From: a bacterium
GTDB lineage: Bacteria > Hinthialibacterota > Hinthialibacteria > Hinthialibacterales > Hinthialibacteraceae
Direction of reading: 5' to 3'
Length of the DNA stretch: 37,631 nucleotides
NCBI GenBank assembly: GCA_963663405.2
Contig: CAXXSM010000083.1
Span: 1 to 37,631, forward strand
The position numbers and the translations under genes are program-made. The notes below the pieces were generated by a model. It did no database searches. It was given only the letters and a program-made list of their open reading frames with translations, and was not told the DNA's origin. Each line of letters starts with the position of its first letter. Position 1 is the stretch's first letter. This document shows, in pieces, positions 10,301 through 18,720 of the stretch.

Positions 10301-12434
10301 AACTCGTAACCATAAATTCGCTTGGATCCCACTCCCCACGTGGCAATGGCACGCCTACTGTTACGGGAATCGCCTCAGTAATCCCCTCCGGAAAACGGAT
10401 CTCTAATGGGATAGAGGAAATCCCACCGCTAGGGACATATGGTGTGGGTGTCGAAGGCTGCGGCCTAGAAGTCATTGTAGGAGTATTGGTCTGCAAACGA
10501 GTCGGAACAGGTGTATCAGTCACGATCGGGGGAGGAGTAAGAATATCGCTCCCTCGATTGATAATCAACCGGTTACCGCTAGGAGAAACAGCGAAACCGG
10601 TCACAGTGATCAGTCCATCCTCATCAGCGGTCACTGTGCCATTAGCGACCAATGCGTTATCACTGACACGCCGGTTCTCCCATGTATACACAACATCAGG
10701 ATGAATAAGGAATTGTTGGAGCCGCCGGGGTGTTACGTCAACTGTCTGATCGCCATCAAGGGAGCGTATCGCGATTTCCCACCAACCCGGCGTATCGACG
10801 GGTGGCCCAGCCCAATCATTCCAGGAGGCGGACCATTCCAACGTCATGTTGTATCCCCCCGTCCTATCCGGTACCGGCGGCAGACTGCCCGACGCGTACG
10901 TCAAGCCTGGCAGAGTCTCATTACGTACAAAAGACAATCCATAAAAAGGACCGGAGGCGCCGGGTTCCCACAATTCTCCCGCAGTTGGGCCTTGTCCATT
11001 AAATCCAACCCATGTGTGATCCGCTTCCACAATCGCGCCGGAAAATGCGCGGCGGGAGAGGCAGAAAGGCTCATAACCAAGCCGTCCTTGAGATTCCCAG
11101 GCGATCACACGATCCAACGTGCCATGCGCCAGAGAAATGAAAGCCATATCATCCCCCCGGCGTTCGATCAAATTCGCTTGATGATTCTGCCAATCCCACA
11201 CACCGGTTCCATTATATCGCGTCAAATGACCGGCATAGACGCCACGATTCTCGATCGGCAAGTTTAAAGCAACGCTGCCCCATTTCGGTTCAAGATCCGA
11301 GCCGACCCAATCGAGACCTTCTGTACCAGTCGATCCTTCCCGATAATTGGTCATCGGTTCGCTGCAATACACCGCCGCAAACACATTGGGATACCGCAGA
11401 GCCAACGCAAGAGCGCCGCTTCCTCCCATCGAGTGCCCATAAGAATAGACACGCTCTGGATCGATGTTGTAACGAGGATCTCTCAAGGTATCGTAGACAG
11501 CGCGCAACAGCCGTTCTTCCGTGAAATTAACGATAGGACCCGTGGTAACAGGAGCGCTTTCCGGCGGAGTATATTGATGAGTGGCGCTATAACCGTAATA
11601 CCAGGATTGCCGCGGATCGTCGCACCATAATTCGATTGCGCAGTAATAATGCGATCCATCCCCCGCTTCATAACGGCTGCCATATCCTTCTATATGCAAA
11701 ATGAGAGCGTATTGATCCGGCGTTACTCCACTACATTGTTCAGGCGAAGGCAATCCAACAAAATAATTATAAGCATAGGTAAGGCCGTCTGTTGTTTCAA
11801 ACGTTGGATTCCAATTTGCGAAATCCATGAACTGCGTATACACCCGGCCGAGACCGTTTTCAGATTCCCATACAAGAATGGGTTCGGGATCGGCGGGGAT
11901 TTCCTGAATTGGGCCAATTGTGTTTTCCCCACTGAATGCGGATCGATTCTCTTCGCCATTGTAAACCGTTGTGACAGCGTAGTAGGAATTTTGGGGTTCC
12001 GTCGTAGTCCATACAAACAAGCCGGTTGTAGCGCGTAATTCCGGCCCCAGCGGTTCAATCACATATGTCCGGATAGATGTGTACCCGCCATTCGCTTCCG
12101 GTGGATAGTCTGTAGCGCGCATACGTTCCGTATGATACGCGCTCGATCCTTCCGGCAGCGTGACCAGCAAATGGGCCTGATTCAGGTTGGCGACGGTAAT
12201 GGGCGCCGTATGTCTGTAAACGCGGTACTGTTCTCCGTGGAGATCCGTTAATTCAAACCAAGTTAAAAACGTCTGGCCACTCCGGTGAAAAGCGTTCAAA
12301 TTAGAAGATTGGGACGGCTGCGCCACCCCCTCTCTGTCAAACAAGAATAGCGCGAGCAGTATAAAAAAAGCCGATAAAATAGCGCGTTTCTGGCATCGAA
12401 TCGGGGAAGAAATAAAGAAGAGCTTACGATTCAT
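7302..12434 (-). CDS. 1710-aa secreted multidomain protein: alpha/beta-hydrolase esterase + PcRGLX/YetA-like (rhamnogalacturonan-lyase-like) region + DNRLRE/CBM96-like domain
   Basis: N-terminal hydrophobic signal; YSYGHSMGGSGA nucleophile elbow (11421-11438); P/T-rich linkers; IPVTVGVPLPRG...SWLLVDFQA and FGWTDFGD typical of YetA/PcRGLX-like proteins; RILIRFDLSPIP...SAVLSLY...WDVTELVRLW...NYGFLL...SSE...RPRL C-terminal domain. AAAGGA RBS upstream. Confidence 0.8.
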   Translation of the reverse strand: MNRKLFFISSPIRCQKRAILSAFFILLALFLFDREGVAQPSQSSNLNAFHRSGQTFLTWFELTDLHGEQYRVYRHTAPITVANLNQAHLLVTLPEGSSAYHTERMRATDYPPEANGGYTSIRTYVIEPLGPELRATTGLFVWTTTEPQNSYYAVTTVYNGEENRSAFSGENTIGPIQEIPADPEPILVWESENGLGRVYTQFMDFANWNPTFETTDGLTYAYNYFVGLPSPEQCSGVTPDQYALILHIEGYGSRYEAGDGSHYYCAIELWCDDPRQSWYYGYSATHQYTPPESAPVTTGPIVNFTEERLLRAVYDTLRDPRYNIDPERVYSYGHSMGGSGALALALRYPNVFAAVYCSEPMTNYREGSTGTEGLDWVGSDLEPKWGSVALNLPIENRGVYAGHLTRYNGTGVWDWQNHQANLIERRGDDMAFISLAHGTLDRVIAWESQGRLGYEPFCLSRRAFSGAIVEADHTWVGFNGQGPTAGELWEPGASGPFYGLSFVRNETLPGLTYASGSLPPVPDRTGGYNMTLEWSASWNDWAGPPVDTPGWWEIAIRSLDGDQTVDVTPRRLQQFLIHPDVVYTWENRRVSDNALVANGTVTADEDGLITVTGFAVSPSGNRLIINRGSDILTPPPIVTDTPVPTRLQTNTPTMTSRPQPSTPTPYVPSGGISSIPLEIRFPEGITEAIPVTVGVPLPRGEWDPSEFMVTSSNGPIPSQIRNSARSGIDDTISWLLVDFQAEAGNQYWLEQGESPIPSQVITVTDSGDGSFVIDTGAGRYHIAPNNNIFESIEGPDGGARVLGATWDLPERPAQIEFIERGPLRTMVCLRSQEAVHGLDLTARIHFFAGLPYVRVRLTLTNHTPASMGWEVPGADNGDCEVSSSQPIFQGLNSPGMIAFDDITWSLLLANPEGSEEILYQDSSGTENWDFYVGQGPRMQSGVIRRGFVHLRDGVEVETGNIAEGILTAGGIQMYVPWFRELFPKALRAREGRLELGMFPGEYSIDHRFRTGEQKTHDVWITLDPSSTPPGDVIAHSAFSWLRSTHGLGYIGPRREDEFFDYEDYLDAQFDPTRENRDGLAASVNDAQVQWDLFGWTDFGDLPTDFEDGRSPYNVKYDVSLGFLHQALRINGEEWWRWAEISNRHFADIDIYHARVRGYESTRNWYDGGAWGHSMHDESGLTNPHRNCNSPHPDLYYGVTGLVAWSLLTGDEVTREAAIEMADNTLWRLRNSGSDPCAALAWGAGSGEGYGTDTLRSIANAQRILVWAWRLTGDHAYLVGAGNAARWYVCMQDSFTCGSWTSALFARSHGEYILAALDAGEPLNEEAIPALEHALQAMANHMTRDGDRAWFSGCTGNEINSWMLLAADAFALAYAITGESRWMEEYAIPSFNTGSQDPFYEGDLSHYHSSKELVNAVAAGTIFLHFVQADEQIPTPVPPIETSPPTQEPVFTPIPTVTSLPTPLPTDTNPPQLEPTSIPIGPGTWIFQRGISPDVNYTGVADAVITNLWEETTQLGGWDVLGTFREDVERHRILIRFDLSPIPDGIEIDSAVLSLYHIQNVDAGDERPQVVNVFRLTSPWIEGTGDNPYPGAGYIPDGVTWTLAAPGSAWRTPGGDFDPFIYTTTTIPAFSEPTWVDWDVTELVRLWINNEASNYGFLLRTEGTEWLGHRFHSSEGLAPELRPRLIFSISEPEPTPEPTNPATFISPWRLY

Positions 12435-12960
12435 GGATGAAGTCCTTTCTTCAGAATACTTGTGCGTTAATACCTAGATCCCGGAATTTCCACTAGCGCA
12501 GCATAGCGCTTTCCGCTTCACATATCATTATTCTTGCTTCGTAATAATGGAAATCGAAATAAAATCGAGCGCAGTATATCACCAATATATCAAGGAAATG
12601 TGGATTACGTCAAAATTATTTCGCATCATTTCACCATACAATTCTTACCGTGAATGGAAATTCATTTTTTAAAAATAAAAAAAACTAAACAAATTCCTGA
12701 TTGGGTATTTAAATAACGAGTTTTATTCTTCAACTATATGATTAATAAATGCCCGTCATCACTATCATTGAAAAGAAATCAGAAGAAGCGATCACACTTC
12801 AGCTTGATTATCCATTGATTCTTAGCTTGGAAACAAGAATGGAATGGTATCATTGGTGAAATGATGCTATGATTATGCGTTAAGGCTTTGGACCAAGTTC
12901 TTTTGTTCATTCCTAAAGAGACCGTGGTTTCAAGCCATTATAAACGATGAGGTATAAAAC

Positions 12961-14118
12961 ATGAATCATCTGTCTTCTCTCACACGCCGTTCGTTTTTAA
13001 AACGGGGTTCACTCGCCGCTGGCGCGGTCACCGCTGCGATTCCGGCAATGGCTGCGGAAGCCGAAAAAGAAGTAAAACCTAAAATTCTCAATCAAAAGGA
13101 AGGTATGACATACCGCCGTTTGGGCAAAACCGATATTTATTTATCAGCGATTTCACTCGGTGGATTGGTCAACGAACCCGGCGTTCATAAATATGGTATT
13201 GAAAAAGGAATCAACTTATGCCACATATCCACGAGCTACATCGGTGGCTCGTCCATTGTCGAACTGGGTAAATTGATGAAAACCCATCGGGATAGAGTTT
13301 ACCTCGCGTTGAAAGATAATTTCCTCGACGGTGGCGAGTCGGAGGAAGAGGCGGTCAAAAAAGTCGACGGCGTGCTAAAAACACTCAATACAGATCATGT
13401 TGATTTCTTCATGCTGAACGAACATTCCCCTGACGACGCCGCAAAACCCCGAAATCTCAATAAAATTGAAAAACTGAAAGAATTGGGGAAAATCCGCTTT
13501 GTCGGTCTGACCTGTCATAAAGAGGTATATAAAACAGCTGTCGCGGGGATTCAAAGTGGTCTCTACGATATCATTATGCCTGTCTTGAACCAGCCCATGT
13601 ACGAAGAATTAAATGACGACTTGCGGGAGGCGCATAAAAAAGGCATCGGGATCATGGGGATGAAAACCATGAGACAAATGAAAGGCGACGCCCAGATCGC
13701 CTACCTCAAAAAAATGCTCCACAATCCGGCTATCACAACCGTCAACAAAGGAATCGGCTCGTTCGAAATGGTCGATGAATGGGCGAAAGCGTCCAATGAA
13801 GTCCTCACCAGTCAGGAGAAGCGATCACTTTATCAATATGCGCACGCCACACGCAGCGATAACTGCATGATGTGCGATGACTGCACGAACGCCTGTCCCA
13901 ACCATCTTGAAATCTCCACCATGCTCCGTTGTTCGGATTATTACCACGATGAATGCGGCGACGCATACCATGCGAGAATGACCTATGCGGAAATCCCATC
14001 ACATCTACGGGTGGATCATTGTGATGATTGTGGAAAGTGTGAAATCGCATGCCCGAATGGTATCGCTATCCGCAAGAAACTGGAACGATGCAAAACACTC
14101 TTTCACACATTTGCGTAG
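12961..14118 (+). CDS. Aldo/keto reductase family protein with Tat-like leader and C-terminal 4Fe-4S dicluster
   Basis: RRSFLK leader, MTYRRLGKTD, LKELGKIRFVGLTCH, CMMCDDCTNACP and CDDCGKCEIACP. GAGG RBS. Confidence 0.9.
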   Translation: MNHLSSLTRRSFLKRGSLAAGAVTAAIPAMAAEAEKEVKPKILNQKEGMTYRRLGKTDIYLSAISLGGLVNEPGVHKYGIEKGINLCHISTSYIGGSSIVELGKLMKTHRDRVYLALKDNFLDGGESEEEAVKKVDGVLKTLNTDHVDFFMLNEHSPDDAAKPRNLNKIEKLKELGKIRFVGLTCHKEVYKTAVAGIQSGLYDIIMPVLNQPMYEELNDDLREAHKKGIGIMGMKTMRQMKGDAQIAYLKKMLHNPAITTVNKGIGSFEMVDEWAKASNEVLTSQEKRSLYQYAHATRSDNCMMCDDCTNACPNHLEISTMLRCSDYYHDECGDAYHARMTYAEIPSHLRVDHCDDCGKCEIACPNGIAIRKKLERCKTLFHTFA

Positions 14119-14170
14119 AATATCAATTCTCAATACATAAATCCTTATTTCTGAGGAGGTATTGATCACA

Positions 14171-14488
14171 ATGAATGGACAAACACTAGGCTGGGCCGGT
14201 GGAATCCTTGGTGGAATCATCGGAACCCTGGGCGGTATAATCGGTTGCTATTTCAGTATAAAAAACACAAATGGGCCGAAGGAAAAATCCTTCATGATTA
14301 AATCCGTTGTGGTGATGTGGATCGCGATTCTCTTGTTTCTGACTTTGTTGTTCACTTTACCGAAACCTTATAATTTTCTTCTCTGGATTCCATATGGTAT
14401 TCTGTTGCCCATTGCCATTCTGTATGGAAACCGAAAACAACAAGAGATTCGCAATTCGGAAAAAGGAACGCAACAAGCACACACATAA
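14171..14488 (+). CDS. Small membrane protein with about 3 TM helices and a Gly-rich first helix
   Basis: GAGGAGGT RBS 10 nt before ATG 14171; GWAGGILGGIIGTLGGIIG followed by two hydrophobic segments. Confidence 0.75.
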   Translation: MNGQTLGWAGGILGGIIGTLGGIIGCYFSIKNTNGPKEKSFMIKSVVVMWIAILLFLTLLFTLPKPYNFLLWIPYGILLPIAILYGNRKQQEIRNSEKGTQQAHT

Positions 14489-14505
14489 ATCAATGTTTCT
14501 TTTTA

Positions 14506-15351
14506 CTATCTTTGATTAATGATCCCCCGGTTGTATAACCAGTCAATACAACGATCCGGCCAGGCCGCGACGAATTGGTTCGTTTTCATAATTCCAAAAC
14601 CGTGCCCTCCCTGCTCGTAGATATGCATCTCAACTGGAACCTTAGCTTCCATCAGTTTGAGATAATAGTTTATGCTGTTTACCGGAGATGTTGTACCATC
14701 ATCACTGGCATGGATGAGAAGTGTAGGAGGATGGTTTGATTTGATTGATGAATCCAGGTCAATATTGCGGATCGTACAATACACAGGTATCGTAAAATCC
14801 GGCCGTGCGGATATTGAATTGACGTCGGATTTTTGCTGAGAATTCTGTAAATCATAATGAGTTGACAAATTAATGGCCAAATGCGCCCCGGCTGAGAATC
14901 CCATCACACCGATCCTGCTTGGGTCAATCTTCCATTCCGCCGCCCGGGAACGAACAATACGCATGGCCTGAATCGCATCCTCAAGCGCCAATTGAGGATC
15001 AAGGCGATATTTGAGTACAATTCCCGTGATACCATTCCTATTCAGCCATTTTGCGATCTGGTAGCCCTCTTTATTGATTGTGACATGGTGATATCCACCT
15101 CCAGGACAGATTAATATTGCAGTTCCGGAAATGGCTTCAATATTAGGGGTAAAGACCGTAATCGTTGGCCGTTGAACATTGGTAATTCGTTGGTTTTCGA
15201 TTATCTCATTCTCTATTTTCGCATCGCTTGATTTGTCATATTCCCAAAGTTCCAAAATCTCTGGAACTTGTGAAAAACAGGTTGAAGAATTTGCGGACAC
15301 GAAAAAACAAAAAACAAGTAAGGAATACAACAATCGATACAAAATCTCCAT
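14506..15351 (-). CDS. Secreted alpha/beta hydrolase (BD-FAE / xylan esterase-like)
   Basis: Signal peptide, ICPGGGY, RIGVMGFSAGAHL, HASDD, HIYEQGGHGFG (Ser-Asp-His triad). GAGGAG RBS. Confidence 0.9.
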   Translation of the reverse strand: MEILYRLLYSLLVFCFFVSANSSTCFSQVPEILELWEYDKSSDAKIENEIIENQRITNVQRPTITVFTPNIEAISGTAILICPGGGYHHVTINKEGYQIAKWLNRNGITGIVLKYRLDPQLALEDAIQAMRIVRSRAAEWKIDPSRIGVMGFSAGAHLAINLSTHYDLQNSQQKSDVNSISARPDFTIPVYCTIRNIDLDSSIKSNHPPTLLIHASDDGTTSPVNSINYYLKLMEAKVPVEMHIYEQGGHGFGIMKTNQFVAAWPDRCIDWLYNRGIINQR

Positions 15352-15424
15352 GATTCTTTACTCCTCAGAAGTAACAGCAAATCGTTTGGATAGTATAGGC
15401 GTATTTTAACGGAGAATCAAATTC

Positions 15425-15449
15425 TATTGAGAACAGAGATTGAAATTCC
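15425..15449 (+). repeat. Copy 1 of a 25-nt element upstream of each SGNH paralogue
   Basis: TATTGAGAACAGAGATTGAAATTCC, 23/25 identical to 17106..17130. Confidence 0.7.
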
Positions 15450-15607
15450 GCGATCGTGAGAGAAAAATGCTAGATGATTTAATCATTAATGATTTCTTAA
15501 CAGGTAGGGTAAATTGAAACTGCGCTTCTCTCTGATTTTCCCTGCAATCGTGCTATAGTAAACAATCGGTATAATACAAACCTCACTCAATTGGACACTC
15601 TATCGAT

Positions 15608-17008
15608 ATGAAAAAGTTGAAAACCTTTTTAATCAATACGAGTTTGTGTCTATTCAGTATACTTATCACATCGCTCGTTTTAGAAATCGGCGCACGTCTT
15701 TATTTTTCATATCTAGACCCAGCCACTGCGGCCCATATTCAGGAACATCAAAACGCTATTGCGCGATACAATGAACGTGGCTCGATCTACCAACCGCATC
15801 CCTACATTTCCTATACCCCCGGAGATGTTGCGATCGGATTGGATAGCTGTGTGATTAACGATCAAACATTCACGATCAAAAAAGAACCCAATACACTACG
15901 AGTCGCTTGCCTGGGCGGTTCAACGACGAAAAATTCGTATCCTCGTTACCTCAAAAAAGCGTTAGCAATTTGCTTTCCCGATCGATCGATTGAAATCATG
16001 GATTGGGGATGCCAGGGATGGACCATCGTCGAATCAACGTTGAACTATGTCCTGCGAGTTCAAGCCTTCAAACCAGATATTATTATTCTTCATCATGGGA
16101 TTAACGACGTGGCTCCACGGATTCGCCGGAATTTCCTGCTGGATTATACTCACTATCGGAAAGCATATAGTTTCTATGGACTGGATTGGTTCGATCAAAT
16201 GTCCGGATCAAGCTGGCTCTTGGCTTGGCTTGAATTTAGATTGGGGAGACATTGCGAAGACCTGGATACTTGGACAGTTCATCAAAATATGCCATTAATT
16301 TCGCTTGAAGAATACCCAAAGCCAGAAACTCTGGAAACATATACAAACTGCCTTGAAACTATCACACGCGTCGCAGAGGGTGATAAATCAAAAGTGATTC
16401 TCGCTGGGATGATATACAATGTAACTCAAGCGTTAATTCCCGAATACGCCGCAATTGTCGAAGAACACAATAATCTAACCCGTTCTTTTTCTGAGCATAA
16501 TAATCTGCTCTATATTGATACGCAATCCAATTTCAAACACCATCCCCTTTATTTTGCCGATCAATGTCACCTACTATCTTATCCGGATGAAATCAAAGCG
16601 TTTCTTTTGGCCAGCGCAGCGGCCCGTGTAATGGGTCGCCAACCTCACGCCTGGGTGACTGATGATCTGGGTAGCAACGTAGATTTATCCTTGGGAAAAG
16701 ATCTTGATCCTGAAAACAAGCGGCAACTAGTCATTCATTGGAACTATCCACACTCTGATATCAATGAATATCATGTTTATATCCAAGTCGATGGGGAAAA
16801 GGAAGAATTTTTAGGGAGACACACAAAGAGAAATCAACCTTACATGATTTGGGAATCCGGTAACGAATTCATCGCGCAGGGCTTTCAGGAAGGGCCATTG
16901 TTTGGTCATACATATCGATTTTCCATCTATGGATTGGGTGGCGCGTTATACGCGCCCCTATTAACCGTGGGTCCTGTAGAATACGAACAGGAGAGCGATT
17001 CTTCCTAA
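15608..17008 (+). CDS. Membrane-anchored SGNH/GDSL hydrolase with extra C-terminal beta-rich domain (paralogue 1)
   Basis: N-terminal TM, RVACLGGSTT (block I), HHGIND (block III), DQCH (block V DxxH). Confidence 0.85.
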   Translation: MKKLKTFLINTSLCLFSILITSLVLEIGARLYFSYLDPATAAHIQEHQNAIARYNERGSIYQPHPYISYTPGDVAIGLDSCVINDQTFTIKKEPNTLRVACLGGSTTKNSYPRYLKKALAICFPDRSIEIMDWGCQGWTIVESTLNYVLRVQAFKPDIIILHHGINDVAPRIRRNFLLDYTHYRKAYSFYGLDWFDQMSGSSWLLAWLEFRLGRHCEDLDTWTVHQNMPLISLEEYPKPETLETYTNCLETITRVAEGDKSKVILAGMIYNVTQALIPEYAAIVEEHNNLTRSFSEHNNLLYIDTQSNFKHHPLYFADQCHLLSYPDEIKAFLLASAAARVMGRQPHAWVTDDLGSNVDLSLGKDLDPENKRQLVIHWNYPHSDINEYHVYIQVDGEKEEFLGRHTKRNQPYMIWESGNEFIAQGFQEGPLFGHTYRFSIYGLGGALYAPLLTVGPVEYEQESDSS

Positions 17009-17105
17009 TTACTTGTACTCCTGATTTCGTAAACGGACGCCCTTTATGACTTTAATTCAATCGATCAGCAAACACTGGTTAGACGATTTCGGGTATAACA
17101 AGATT

Positions 17106-17130
17106 TATTGAGAACAAGGATTGAAATTCC
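17106..17130 (+). repeat. Copy 2 of the 25-nt upstream element
   Basis: TATTGAGAACAAGGATTGAAATTCC. Confidence 0.7.
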
Positions 17131-17208
17131 ACCATCACAGATTAAGAATATTCTTTATAATTCCAATTCCACCAAATCATTAAAATTCTATATAGGGCGC
17201 CAGCTCAA

Positions 17209-18609
17209 ATGAAAAGAAATAAAGCGTTTTTAATCAATACTAGTTTGTGTATATTTAGTATTCTTATCACAGTGTTAGTCTTAGAAATCGGCGCTCGTTT
17301 CTATTTTTCTTATCTAGATCCAGACACAGCGGACCGCATAAAAAAACATCAAAACGCAGTTGCTCGATTTATAAAACGCGGATCGATCTACACTCCTCAT
17401 CCCTACCTTTCATACACTCCCGCGGACGTAACGGTTGGCCTAAAACACTGCGTTATTCACGATCAAAAGTTTATGCTCGAAAAGAAACCAGATACTCTAC
17501 GGATCGCCTGCCTTGGAGGTTCCACAACAAAAAATTCATATCCCCACTATTTCCAAAAAGCGCTGGAGCCCTGTTTTCCCGATCAATCCCTTGAGATCAT
17601 GAATTGGGGATGTCAAGGCTGGACGATTGTTGAATCGACATTGAATTACGTGCTTCGCGTTCAAGCTTTTAATCCCGATATTGTTATCCTTCATCACGGG
17701 ATTAACGATATCGCGCCACGGATTCGTCAGAATTTTGTTCTCGATTACTCTCATTACCGGAAAGCCTATCTCTTTCCAGGTTTAAATCTTTTTGATCGAT
17801 GGTCTGGAACCAGTTGGTTGTTGGCCTGGTTGGAATTCCGTTTGGGGAGACGCTGCGCGGATTTGGATAGCTGGACAGTTCAATCGAACTCTCCATTGCT
17901 CCTCTCCAATGCGCCCCTTGAGCCAGAAACATTAAATCCATATACACAATGTCTGGAAACCATTGCCAATCTTGCCCAGAATCATGGTTCAAAATTGATT
18001 TTCGCAGGAATGATTTACAGTGTCACTCAAAACTTGATTCCAGAATACGTCCCCATTGTGGAAGAACACAATCAACAAACACGCTCGTTATCGGAACAAA
18101 AGGATCTGCTTTATATTGATGCGCAATCCAATTTCAAACATCATCCACAATATTTTGTTGATCAATGTCACTTAACCTTTTTTGCAGACGAGATCAAGGC
18201 GCAGCTTTATGCGAGCGCAGTCGCCCATGTAATGAATCGCGAACCCCGTGTTTGGATTACTGACGATCTGAATACCCAAGAGGATTTATCTCTTCGAAAA
18301 GATATCGACCATGTAAACGAACGGAAATTAGTAGTTCGCTGGAAATTATCAGATCCTGAAATTCAAGATATTCATATCTACGTGCAAGTAGATGGAGAAA
18401 AAGAACAATATTTAGGCCAACGCGCAAATCCAAATGATTCATTTTTAGTATGGGAATCCGGGAATCATTCAATTGCGCCGAATTTTCGAAACGGACCGGA
18501 ATTCGGGCATACGTATCGATTCTCTGTGTACGGTTTGGGCGCAAAAATATATCCTCCTTTACTAACCATCGGCCCCGTAAAATACGAACAGGAGAGCGAA
18601 TCTTCTTAG
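17209..18609 (+). CDS. Membrane-anchored SGNH/GDSL hydrolase (paralogue 2, tandem duplicate)
   Basis: Same 466-aa length and motifs as paralogue 1; 45 of the first 60 residues identical. Confidence 0.85.
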   Translation: MKRNKAFLINTSLCIFSILITVLVLEIGARFYFSYLDPDTADRIKKHQNAVARFIKRGSIYTPHPYLSYTPADVTVGLKHCVIHDQKFMLEKKPDTLRIACLGGSTTKNSYPHYFQKALEPCFPDQSLEIMNWGCQGWTIVESTLNYVLRVQAFNPDIVILHHGINDIAPRIRQNFVLDYSHYRKAYLFPGLNLFDRWSGTSWLLAWLEFRLGRRCADLDSWTVQSNSPLLLSNAPLEPETLNPYTQCLETIANLAQNHGSKLIFAGMIYSVTQNLIPEYVPIVEEHNQQTRSLSEQKDLLYIDAQSNFKHHPQYFVDQCHLTFFADEIKAQLYASAVAHVMNREPRVWITDDLNTQEDLSLRKDIDHVNERKLVVRWKLSDPEIQDIHIYVQVDGEKEQYLGQRANPNDSFLVWESGNHSIAPNFRNGPEFGHTYRFSVYGLGAKIYPPLLTIGPVKYEQESESS

Positions 18610-18658
18610 TCACTGAAGACGATATAATCTCAGGAGAATCAATCCACTCACGTTAAAG

Positions 18659-18696
18659 AAAGCCGCAGAGAGTGTACACCTTTCTCTGCGGCTTTT
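18659..18696. terminator. Probable bidirectional intrinsic terminator
   Basis: AAAGCCGCAGAGA-N11-TCTCTGCGGCTTT(T), a perfect 13-bp inverted repeat between convergent genes. Confidence 0.8.
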
Positions 18697-18720
18697 AGTG
18701 AATTAACCACCAAGGGCCGG

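Noticed and set aside
10430-10540. Low-complexity repeats in the two giant genes as DNA-level tandem repeats
   Set aside because: They encode Pro/Thr linkers with varied codons and are explained at the protein level.
7974-12058. Many 60-190-aa ORFs overlapping the 1710-aa gene (and likewise within amtB, the symporter and the 1843-aa gene)
   Set aside because: Shadow frames of well-supported CDSs with no recognisable motifs.
12435-12960. Riboswitch or ncRNA in the 526-bp divergent spacer
   Set aside because: Only short AT-rich hairpins (e.g. CTTG-GAAA-CAAG) and an extended -10-like TGCTATGAT; no recognisable RNA family.
15410-15520. Possible degenerate CRISPR array (ATTGAAA at 15439 and ATTGAAAC at 15513, 74 nt apart)
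   Set aside because: Only the last 7 nt match, there is no third unit, and no cas genes are in the window.
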